A DNA stretch of 56,395 nucleotides, filler included, from Platydemus manokwari (taxonomy: Eukaryota), in the NCBI GenBank assembly GCA_037951405.1. It is 5 parts of 5 records of this genome, joined end to end, with 100 filler letters (N's around TTAATTAATTAA, not from the genome) between each part and the next. Parts side by side here need not be neighbours in the genome. Positions count along the whole stretch, not along the records: positions 34,152 to 45,171 come from JBBMOY010882199.1; positions 45,272 to 56,395 come from JBBMOY010895532.1; 3 more parts are not named here. The stretch is one strand, 5' to 3'. Below, piece by piece: positions 39,566 to 50,913 of this stretch; position 1 is the stretch's first letter, and every line of letters begins with the position of its first letter. The position numbers were made by a program, and so were the translations under genes. The notes under the pieces were generated by a model that was not told the DNA's origin, made no database searches, and saw nothing but the letters and a program-made list of their open reading frames with translations.

Positions 39566-42039
39566 TAAAGTAATAAAATAAGGGTTCCTAGGTTCAAAAT
39601 CGTTTTTCTTTTATGATATTTTACCTTTACTCAACAATAGAAAATAAGGTTATAATCGTAAGGTGGGTAGCAGATAATTAACTTTTTAATCGAGATTGAT
39701 CGTGACTGGCAATAAGAAGAGATTTTTGACTTTTTACGAAATTTGTTTTTCATCCAAGATAGTGATGTACAGGGTCATGGACTCCATTTGAAAATTACTT
39801 TCTTGTAATTCCAAATTATTTCATTCGGACAGTTTTCATTTCAAGAAATTCTAATGTGTAAATTAATCCAAAAAAGTAGACATACCAGCGGAATATAATT
39901 CAAGATTTAACATTCAGTTCATCTGATAAAAATAACAGATGGAAACATCGATAAACATATTCCTAAGAAATATTAACATCAATATTGATTATCATGTAGT
40001 TCATGAACAAAAAAATCTCTGTTGAGCGCTTCTTTTCAATAAGTCACAATATCATACAACAAATTTAATATGAAAAATTAATAATTTTAGAAATTGTATT
40101 ATTTCAAGTAAATCATTTGAATATTATTTAATAAATTTAATCTCAATAAATAATTTATACAATTAACAGCGAAATTGAAAATTATATTCTCTTCTAAATT
40201 GTATAGTTGATATTATTTATTCATATTTCAATTAATTTTCGATTTTTCATTGATTGTTTTATGGAGATTAAACAGATTAAAATTGGAATTCTACACAGAT
40301 CATGAATCGCAGTGTATTGAAAAGAAATTCAACAAAATCATTTGGATATTTTCAAATAGAATTAGCCTATGGCCTAAGTTCATTTTGGAAGGCTGTGACA
40401 ATTATGAATTCTGTTCACAAAAATACCATAATATTTTGTTTAATTATTTTCAAGGTTTCTGATTTTAAGGATTTTTATTCATATCTTTATCTTGCAACAT
40501 CTATATATATAAATTTTGACAAGAGATATAATTTTATAATTAAAAATAATTCAAATCAATATTATGATAAGAAAAGCGGAACTGGTGTTCATGTTCAAAT
40601 GGTAAGTAATAATGAGAGTGACTGAAATTGTTCAAATCCATCTAGGAACGAATTACGAAATGTAGATTCGAGATCCTTTACCGAAGCTTATGAGTACTAA
40701 GCATTAGAAGCCAGTCTGTTGCCAATAGTTCAATAAGGCAATTTTTACTATTGCAAATATCATTAATATTTTGTAAAGTTGAATATTAATAAACTTGTTA
40801 ATCTTCTGTATGGGTTAATACGCGCTTCTTAAATTTTTCGATTGTTTTACTTCGCAATCAATAAAGATTCTCGTTTTAAGCCATGTGAACTCAAGTGTAT
40901 CTCAGTTATATAGATAAAATGCTCAAAAACAAATTCCATTCATCCAGGAACCTATTCCTAAAGTCGAATTGTATAAGTTCCGACTCTTTCTATATCAGCC
41001 AGTTAGAATACGAAAATTGTGTAATGTAGATCATGAATTTTAAAGCTTTTTTATTTATTTAATTTTCTTTCAATATGTTGAACAATGAGAATCATCAAGC
41101 GTTGAATCCAAATATTAATATTAATTGACAAATGGAAAGGAAATTACAAATAACAATGAAAGAATATAAGTAATTTAATTCAACGAAAATTTGTGCAAAT
41201 CTGCTTCTGCCATGATTTTTTAAAATATTTTTCTCGGTCTTTGTTTTTCTTTATTTCATTTTTATTCATCTTATTTTAGTTTTGTTTCTTTGTTCTTGTT
41301 TTACTATGTTGTTTGTTTATGGATTTTTTGAAGAAATTTTCTTTGTTCTTTTATATAATTAATAATTTCCTTTGTTAATGATTCTGCAAGTTTTCAATAC
41401 TTATATTTTTGAAAATAATGCTTATTTTTCCTATGATAAAATTGTTCTGAAAAAATTATGATGAAAATTTTTGAAAAATTGCTTATTAAATCTTATTATT
41501 TAAATTAATATAATTTTCCATTCACATATGCATGTCACATAATGACCAATTATTATTATTAATAAGGACATTGCAAAATTTAGACAATTTTGTTAACGTT
41601 TTAGAAAATTTAGATTAACTTGTTTTTCACTTATTGCATCTCAGATTACATATTTTGAAATTTTCGTAACATTATTCTATGAATTTGCGATTTCTAACAA
41701 AACGAGTAGTTAAATATTCCATTTGTACTTTAATCGGTGATCGTGGCAAATTCAATTTTTTAATAAAAGTAAAACTTATAACTCACTATCGCTCAGCTTT
41801 GAAGAATTTTAAAAAAATAAAATAAATAACAAACTAAATTAAAATAAAACAAACACAAAAAATTAAATAATGTTAATATCTTTGACAATACGATTTCATT
41901 ATATCACGGTGTCCCGGTAGCAATAGCCATTCGATTATTTAGCTGTTATAAAATCAGAATACAATAAATAAAATTATAGAAAATCCATGATTATTATATT
42001 GATAATAAAATTCCTAAAAGGATCAAAATAAATCAAGTC

Positions 42040-43800
42040 CATGATAAACCATTCATATCAGCATACGTTGGCTACACAGTTATTATTAGTAGATCTTGAG
42101 ATCACTTAGAACTCAGATATAATCATCTGTTTCACCTATCCCGTGTCATTCACCTTAATTTTAACACCCAAAAGCCTATAACTATCTAAACTGTTCCGAC
42201 CTGATCAATAATCAGGAATTTATCCCATTAAAGATAGCTCCAACTTATACAAATACTTTTGTGTCCCCTTGAGAGAACCAAAAGCCATTTCCATTACCGA
42301 AATATTTGACTCCGTTCTCTACGACTTTGAAACCATTGTTAAATCACATCTTCGCTTATCAAAAAAATTACAAGCCCTTAACATCTTTCCAAACTTGTTG
42401 TTTCATTTCCGTATCTAACAGAAAGGAAACTACGCAAATGAGTTCGCGACAATAAGTTATCGACAACAACTTCAAAACCTAATTATCTACCAAAAGAATC
42501 AGATTCATATCACGTAAAATTTAGATAATAAATGTTTCCAAATCATTTAACATGTCCTTCTACTCACCTCTCAAATTATGGGCACAAACGCACTCGTCTA
42601 CCTCAGAAAAACTACAATTTATCGGCTACCCATTTCCAATATGGTGGACATGACTACAATATACAATTCAAAGTTGTTTCCGGCTCTGACAAAAATTAAT
42701 TTTTCACAACTAATAACAAAGACAAGTCTTTGTGACCAAATGTATATTTCCTAGCAATGGTCCTCCTTCCCAAAGCAGTGAGGACTAGCGCACTGTTTTG
42801 CGCTTCACCATATTCGCAAAAACCCTTCAAGAACTGTCAACCTCCACCTGAAGCTTGGATCTGCAGCTTTTGTGGCACGAAACAACTTAATCTTACTCAA
42901 TTACTCCTAATATTTTATTAAATCAAACAAGTCCATATTATATAGACATTGTAATAATTGCACTGAAACTACTGGTCATATCTTTATTCACAGTCCAGCT
43001 AATTCCGAGAAAACCACCAAAAGCTTAACTTAATCCTTGATATTCTCAACCACTACCTTCAGTCATTAGAGATTGATACAGATATAGATTCCATATCGTC
43101 AAAAATTCAAACTAGCTTGGGTTGAATTTAATCATTAGAAATCATAAATTTATTTAAAAAATTTATTTTAAATTTATCGATAAAAATTTCGATATGCACA
43201 GCACCTTAAATTTTGAAAGCTATGAATAAATTACAACTCAAACTTGCACATTTCACTCATAATATGAAATTGATTACAAGCCGTCCCAATAATGATAAAA
43301 TTCGAAAACTTCTAGGAGTAAATAATAAACAAAAACTTAATTTCATGATAAATTATAACTGGCTTTTTAAACGCCGCCTATCCAACCTATTGAGCCTATA
43401 CCAATTAACAAAAACCACTACATTGTTCCAATATCCCAAGGTAGCTTTCATTCAGACACTCACAATACAACCTGACAATTTCATCTGCAAATTCGATGTC
43501 AACAAATTGAACCAATCACAACTTAGACCCTAAACGCTACCCAATAGAGCATATAAAAATTGAGCCGAATACTACCTTAACAGAAACATCATCTATCTAA
43601 CATTTCAACTAATGTTTCAATTTTATTCATCATTTGTAAAGATTCGGAATCTTTCTTTGGTACAATCGCTTAGACAACATTATACTTGCACTCCTCAAAC
43701 TACAATGATCAACAATTCATCAACTTTGGCAGCACCAAAATTGAATGCTCCACACAACAATTGGATTGCAGATAGATTTCTCGTTCATATTTCGAAACCA
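42040..43800 (+). mobile_element. Degraded, 5'-truncated non-LTR retrotransposon ORF2 (L1/Tx1-like)
   Basis: Colinear decayed motifs: ISAYVGYTVII (YADD region), HLNFNTQK, YKYFCVPL (KYLG motif) and RHCNNCTETTGHIFIHSP (C-terminal CCHC knuckle). C/A-rich sense strand, many stops. Boundaries approximate. Confidence 0.75.
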
Positions 43801-45171
43801 TCAATATAAATCCATAGAAACAATTTAAAAGTCAACGTGAGGGATTCTGCTAGCACGCCGTGTAGAAATATTTTCAATGTACAATAAATATTGACATTTT
43901 TAAGTGATAATTTCACAATATACTTTTCGCGCCAGTTCAGTTTAATTAAACTTACTTTAATAAAATAAAACAACTCTTAATTTCATAAAACTGAAGCATA
44001 AATCGTTTCTGATTATTTTACAAAACAAAATATAAAAATATTATTCACTGATAAAACCTCATTATCGATTTGATATGAGAATTATAATTGAATCAGAATT
44101 ATTGGCGTAGTTATTTTTTTAAGTGTGTTTCCATTCATATTTTCACTACAACAACTTTTTGGCTGCAGCTTTGAAAAATCAGATTTCTGTTTTTTTTGAA
44201 TTTTAAAAAACGCATTATTAATTTCCAAAGATATCGTCATTTTTAATAAAGTTAATTTTGTATCTTATTGATATCTTTGTGTGCAGTACAATTTTAATCA
44301 CAACTTGTTTCGAAGTTTTTTCGAAAAATTAATATTGGAGATGGAAAACCAGTCCAATTGTCATTTTCAAAGAGAATATGTCAAATTCATAAATTGGAAA
44401 ATATATTACATCTACATAAAAACAACCGTCGGATAATATTTAATTTATTTAAAAAATATTTTAGGTTTTTTTATTTTATGTATAAACTTAAATGAGAATA
44501 ATAAATATCTGTTATGTTTGCAGTATTTCCGCTTTCATATAATATTTTTTCATTTGAAGATATCGAAAAAATAATTATGAAAATAATAATAATGGAAAAA
44601 ATATTGAAATATCAAGTTTTCTGCTAAATAACCAGCAAATTATGTGATATGCAGAAAACGTTTATTACACTTATCAGCTTAATCATTATGTGTAAGTGTA
44701 CTTCCCATTCAAAATCCCGAAAGATCATATTCGTTCCATTAAACTTTATTTATGTCGTGCTTATAAACTCACTTTTCTTGTCTGGCATCGATTTAATAAT
44801 CTTCTCACTTCATTGTCTAAATTGAATTCATTTCGCAAAATTTCCTACTACTAATTTTCCCACCACACTGTGAAGGCCTTATTTATGTTAAATAAAAATA
44901 TTAGATTTTTCGTTATTTGATTTTAGGCTGGTTTGGTTTTGGTTGCGCTTTATTTCTTATTAATGTGCTCGTTGATTCCAATCGGACTCCAAACGATTGG
45001 TTACGTTCGATAGAAGAAGTTTATAATATAAATAGTAATATAATAATAAATGAATAACGATAACGCACTGAAATAATATATAATTATGAATCAAAATAAT
45101 ACAAAGAATTGATTACAATTAGTTAATATGTTTGTTAACAAAGAACTGGCGAAGCGTGGCTTGCTTAACCA

Positions 45172-45271
45172 NNNNNNNNNNNNNNNNNNNNNNNNNNNNN
45201 NNNNNNNNNNNNNNNTTAATTAATTAANNNNNNNNNNNNNNNNNNNNNNNNNNNNNNNNNNNNNNNNNNNN
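45172..45271. other. Assembly gap spacer
   Basis: Same construct. Confidence 0.97.
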
Positions 45272-46199
45272 AAATCAGTGTATATTTTGTGAACAGTAAG
45301 AAAATTAAAAGGAAAAGAATTTAAAAAAACTGATAATGGATAATTATTTAGTTACACTTTTTACGAGTGTGATATCTTTTGCATTTTATGGGTTCGTATC
45401 AGTTAAACCCGCGCTATTACAAATAAATAACTCATAATAAAAACCAAATAGAAAACAATTCATGCTTAATATTCCCAGAAATAGTAGTAAAAATAATAAA
45501 ACCTAAAACTAACCAGCATTATTCTTACGTATAAATAAACTGAAAGCAGTCAGTTCCATAAATCTCTGTTACAGTTAAAAGCACATCTCTTACAACAAAA
45601 AACTATTGTGAAATTAGAAGACGCAAGCATTGGAAAACATTGTTGATTGCCGCCAATTCATTGTCAAATTAAGAAAAGTACATACCTAATATCCTATTGG
45701 AAGACAATCAATTATTAGCTCAAGACCAATCGTATGTTCAAGGAGCAGTAACATTATGTTCGAGCAAAATCATCTATATGTATTTATACCATCGTATGTA
45801 CTTCAAATTTTTGTAAACCCTAATAGCACAAAGGAGTTTATTGATCATAAACTTTCCGAGAAATGGTTGCCTTTTTATGAATATAAAAGTCTTGCTGCCA
45901 ACCATTTGAAATTTTATATCTATAACAAATCTTTCCATAAATGACAGTTGTTCGTTTAGTTTGGCAAGTGTTATTATACGCCATAGCATCATTTTCGCGT
46001 TTATTTTCATGTTAATTATCATTCATTACCTTTTTTAGATCAACCAGTGACACAATATAATTGATATCAACAGAGACTTAGGTGAAGGTAGAGTTTGTTT
46101 GAATATGATATTACTTTGAATTATCTTATCCGTTCTCTCTTCTTCACAAAATTTGTTGGATATCGAGGAGATAGAATATCATTCAAGGTTAAAATACTA

Positions 46200-46640
46200 C
46201 CTGTGGATCAAAGAACTGGAACGAGACTGATAAGGTGTAGATGGCATTGACCAAATAATCATATAAAAATCGATATGAAAATTCATTCAATCTTGTTCTT
46301 TGTTCGGCATTGATTTATTAAATAATTATTATTCTATAAAATATTCCGTGAAGTCACTATGAATTTCTTGTCGATTAGGATTTTTTTTTGATAATTTAAG
46401 ACGAAAACCATTCCACCAGATTAGATTGTCTGATCGGAATAAATTAAGAAGGAAACGAGAAAATAAATGGATTTCTCTGATGAAAATATTGTTGGAATGT
46501 GGTGAAAGTAATCGGTTTCTATTCAGAATGGTTGTGGCTGGCAATTTAGAGTACATATGCCATCGAAAACAAAATCTTATATCGATAAACGTGCATATTA
46601 ATATTCAAAGTCATAAAATAAACCGATTTTGACCTCACAA
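46200..46640 (+). mobile_element. Possible highly decayed piggyBac transposase fragment
   Basis: Ordered fragments across frameshifts, WNETDKV*MA, IRLSDRNKLRRKRENKWISLMKI and WQFRVHMPSK, resemble piggyBac W..TD..E, LRFDD..R..DK and F.QYMPSKP motifs. Confidence 0.35.
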
Positions 46641-47638
46641 TCTATGAAAGTAGAACCCATATCCGTTTTTTCTGATGAAATAGTCGATTAATTTTGAATA
46701 AAACTATCTACTATAGGTGATTTTTAAGTCAAAAAAACATCCATAGTCGAATTTATTTCCAAACGATCCCACAAATTATGAACTGTTAAATATCTTTCGC
46801 CTAACTGTCAAAATATCAACGTGAATTTTATCAAAAACATGGCCTAGTAAGCTATTTTAAAATTTTCATTTTTACGCCAACAACATTGTCTAAAAACAAA
46901 TGCCAAAAATAAACTCCCGTTGCTAAGATACGTTTATAAATCAATAAAGTGATTAGAAAAATATCTGGCGAAATGCTGATAAACTTATAGCATAGTAATA
47001 CAACCAAAACACTATCGAATGATAACAACAATAACCATGGTATAATTTTCTACCAGGTTCCGGTTATTTATATAAATTTAATCGATATAATATAACTGAA
47101 AGGTATTTCATCTCGTCATCTATCAATAAATCACCAATTGTGGCCAAAGATTAAATATAAACAGAAAATGCATATCTTTATTTACAATTCCATATACAAT
47201 TAAACATTGTTGATACCTGAAATCAATTTCAAAACCCGCTGGAACACTCAAAACTATGTACATGAAAAAACTTTACAAAACCTCCTCAACAAAAAGAAAA
47301 AGAGAGCACCATCCAAATTGTGTGTGTGTGTAATGGGGTAGGGTGTCTAGAATAGTAAATCAATATATGTATATATATATATGTAAACCCAAACCAGAAG
47401 ACTTAACCTTGTGGTCAACAATCATCAACAACATTCTATTGCACATAATCAATATTGACCGCAACAATTGACAACAGTAATAAAACCAATTGACATCCCT
47501 GTTCAAATAAAAGTCAATTGTGTGCGATCGTTGTGTTGTCATGCGAATAATGTTACCATAGTAATAAATAATGTGGGAAATCAATAATTAAATTCAATAA
47601 AATATAGAAAATCAATAACCGAGAAACAAACAAGAAAT

Positions 47639-48059
47639 TCAAACAATATGGCTAACAAAACATTGATCGTCGAGAGGACAATCATTACTTAATGGGGTCT
47701 GAGATTGCTTTTCGATCATACAATCGATTTCCGAACAGCCAGTGTCTGTACTCAGATCTAATGAACAACTGTGATTGGTTGTGAGCTTAATTTTGGCATC
47801 CTTGATGATATTGTTATCAGGTTGGTCAATCTTGTCAGTTGCCGTGAGATAATTTGAAGGCAGCTTGGAGCTGCTGAGAGCAGTGGGTCTACTGGACAAA
47901 CTGTCAGTAGTTAATGGTTGAGTTGTTGTGGAGTTTTCCGCTGTTTTATAGGTTACATAACCCAGATCGACTTCCAAATCGCCACCAGTAGCGGATTGGT
48001 TAGAAAGATTGTAATCAATATTTGGACTGGCCAGATGGATATATTCCACCGATTGAGAT
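47639..48059 (-). CDS. Orphan 3'-terminal exon of an unidentified gene (S/T-rich disordered tail with tyrosine motifs)
   Basis: Acceptor (ttatttcag) at 48060-48061, about 139 open codons with raised GC and protein-like composition (SQSVEYIHLASP...DLGYVTYK...CFVSHIV*). Upstream exons are not visible; a gap lies at 48137-48351. Confidence 0.65.
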
Positions 48060-48136
48060 CTGAAATAATAAATCATTAGAAGGAGATTTTCTTGCTGTGA
48101 TATGAATTATTAAGACTCCCCACATTATTTATATCA

Positions 48137-48351
48137 NNNNNNNNNNNNNNNNNNNNNNNNNNNNNNNNNNNNNNNNNNNNNNNNNNNNNNNNNNNNNNNN
48201 NNNNNNNNNNNNNNNNNNNNNNNNNNNNNNNNNNNNNNNNNNNNNNNNNNNNNNNNNNNNNNNNNNNNNNNNNNNNNNNNNNNNNNNNNNNNNNNNNNNN
48301 NNNNNNNNNNNNNNNNNNNNNNNNNNNNNNNNNNNNNNNNNNNNNNNNNNN
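48137..48351. other. Sized assembly gap (215 N, no linker)
   Basis: Run of N. Confidence 0.97.
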
Positions 48352-48925
48352 AATAACTCTGATAAATTTGAGAAATAAATAAACAACATAAAAAATAATA
48401 AATGTAAACAATAATACAATAAAATTGATTTCACGAAAAAAATCGAATTTGTTTACTAACAAACATTAAAATTACTCTAATTTAAATCATTGTAAAATTT
48501 ATAAGACTATTTGTTCCCTTGTTATAGCAATGGTTAAAGTTATAAAAGTAATTTTGGTTTGGCCATTTGATTTTTTATATTTTTAACAAGAACAAGCTAT
48601 CACGAGATATTTTCAATTTTTAATGATTATTTTAATCGGTATATGTCTACATCGTGCATTAACCGATTTCATCAAGTTTATGATGAATGCAGATTGTATT
48701 AGTTTCCATAGTAACATTTTATGAAAATATAATTAAATTATTTTATAATTTTTTTGAATCAAAAAGAAAATCATTAAGTTAGAAAAATTATAATTTTTCG
48801 CTTCATCTTCATCAAATGATTTGAATTTGTTTATCAAGATTTTTCAATTTCCAATAAAACAGACAAATCATGTATCAACAAGGCTTTACTCAAGTTACCA
48901 ATTGATTGAGTCATGGAGAATGTTT

Positions 48926-50913
48926 TCATTGAGTATTTAAGACTCTTTTGACAGAGCATTTGATACAAATTTGATCATTCGAGCACAGCGCTAGATTAGC
49001 CGATATTTCTTCCAACTTTATAAATTGATGGAAACCGATTTCATCATTTCTCTTACTTTTTGGACAATCAGAATATTTTCTCGTCAGTGCCACATGTTCG
49101 AGGTCAGTGCATTGATTGATTAGCGATAACTCGATATCATGTTTGAATGGCCATTCGAGAACATCATCGAATGGCCCCCTCATGATGTAGACAAAAACTG
49201 ATAAATGAGTTCCTTTTCCACTACCATTACCATCTGGATAGACAACAAGACACATTTTATAACCATTGCAATGAGAGTAGAAACAATCACTGTTAATATA
49301 GTTTTCCAGGGCATTTTGTGCCTGACTTTTTTTGTATGCCCATTTGTCGATTTTCCAAATAAATTCCTCGGATTTCGTTCTGTCAAACATTTCTCGCAAC
49401 TCGTTCGACTGATTTGTTAAATCTTTGATTCTATTTTTCACCTCATCAATCGATCGATTTGTTTCAATGGTTTCTGTTTTTATTTTTTCAATACTTTGCA
49501 AGATCTCTTTCAATTTAATGTCGACATCCTGAATAAATATCGCGATAAATTATTGATTAATTATAAAATTTACTTTTTGATTTTGGTTTAATACCGTATT
49601 GGTTTGTTGTTTGAATTGATTGAATTCTGAAATCTAAACACAGCGCCAACAAATACATCAATTATTTAAAAATCAATTTTACTTGTTCATTTCTTTCATT
49701 ACTTGCAGTTTCAATCTCTGAGGTCAATTTTCTATTTTGATTTTTCAAATAAACCATTTCTTCATTCAATTTTTCGACTTCAATCGTGTTTTCATTTTTG
49801 TGTTTGTGCGAATCCCGAATGATTTTCTGAAATAATTAATAATAACAAGCAATCATCAAAAATATATTTTACGTCAGTTTTGTCCTCATGTATTTTCATA
49901 ATTCCTTTTAAATCGATATTTTCCAATCTCAGCATATCGAATTCCGTTTTGATTGATTGATAATCATCTTGCAGTTCTGAAATCTATAAACAAATATATT
50001 GATTATTTAAACATTCTTTTTACTCGTTTATTGCTTTCATAGTTTAGAGCGCCCAGCTCTGATGTCAAAATTCGGTTTTCATTTTTCAAATAAACCATTT
50101 CTTCTTTCAGTTTTTCAATTTCTATTGAGTAACTCATTTTTCGATTCTGCCAATCTCCAATATTTTTCTGAAATAATCAATAATTAAGAATATTCGATAC
50201 AAACATATTTTACGTCTGTTTTAACTTCATGTATTTTCAATTTTTCTTTTAAATCGATATTTTCCAATCTCAGCATATGAAATTCCTCTTTGATTGATCG
50301 AATGTCATTTTGTAATTCTGTGATCTATACAAATACATGATCAATCAATCGATTATTGAACAATACATTTTACTTCTTTATTTTTTTCTTTTAGAATTTG
50401 ATTATCATTATGCAATATATTTATCGATTCCATCAATAATTTCGTATGAGAATAAATTTCTGTCAAAAGATGATCACTTATTTTCTCTACCAATAATTTA
50501 TCATCTTCACATCCAATTATTTTATATGGACAGCACACTGTTTTTATATCGCAAGTTCGTAAATGATTTTCAATCACTTTTAATGCCATTTTTGTCTGGC
50601 AATTTGGCATTGGACATTTCACTTGAAGTCTCGCTACTTTATTGTTGGTTGGAATATCAATATTTATATTATCGTCCATTTTTACTATGTCATCCTTGCA
50701 AAAATCTGAGTCTCCTGGACAAATGTTTTCCCCGTCTTTTAAATATTCATCGATACACACTTTACAATATCGACAACCACAAGGTCCAATATAAGAATTA
50801 ATCAATATTTTCTTACAAATTGTGCACATGCAATCAGCACTTATTTCTTCGACAAATTCAAGATCATATTGCTTCATTATTTGCCACATATTTTCGCATT
50901 TATTTCTCATCAT
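48926..50913 (-). CDS. TNF receptor-associated factor (TRAF)-like protein, about 570 aa: RING, TRAF-type zinc finger, coiled coil, MATH. Exons 50913-50374, 50324-50214, 50167-50024, 49983-49873, 49826-49683, 49633-49574, 49528-48926
   Basis: RING CTICKKIL...PCGCRYCKVC...CPGD; Zn finger VKCPMPNC...HLRTC...CPYKIIGC; MATH domain FIWKIDKW...FYSHCNGYKMCLVVYPDGNGSGKGTHLSVFVYIMRGPFDDVLEWPF. Six phase-0 introns of 40-49 bp, all GTAAAA...AG, join with no internal stop. The start ATG (50913) is a best guess; a possible acceptor at 50927 could mean an upstream exon. Confidence 0.95.
49574..50324 (-). repeat. Intragenic tandem duplication of about 340-350 bp (111-nt exon + 144-nt exon + introns), two full units plus a partial third
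   Basis: Exons 2 and 4 are both 111 nt and share ttttaaatcgatattttccaatctcagcatat. Exons 3 and 5 are both 144 nt and share ttttcaaataaaccatttcttc. Exon 6 begins ISE like exon 4. Confidence 0.9.

Noticed and set aside
48076-48462. ORFs spanning the N gap
   Set aside because: Artefacts of translating N.
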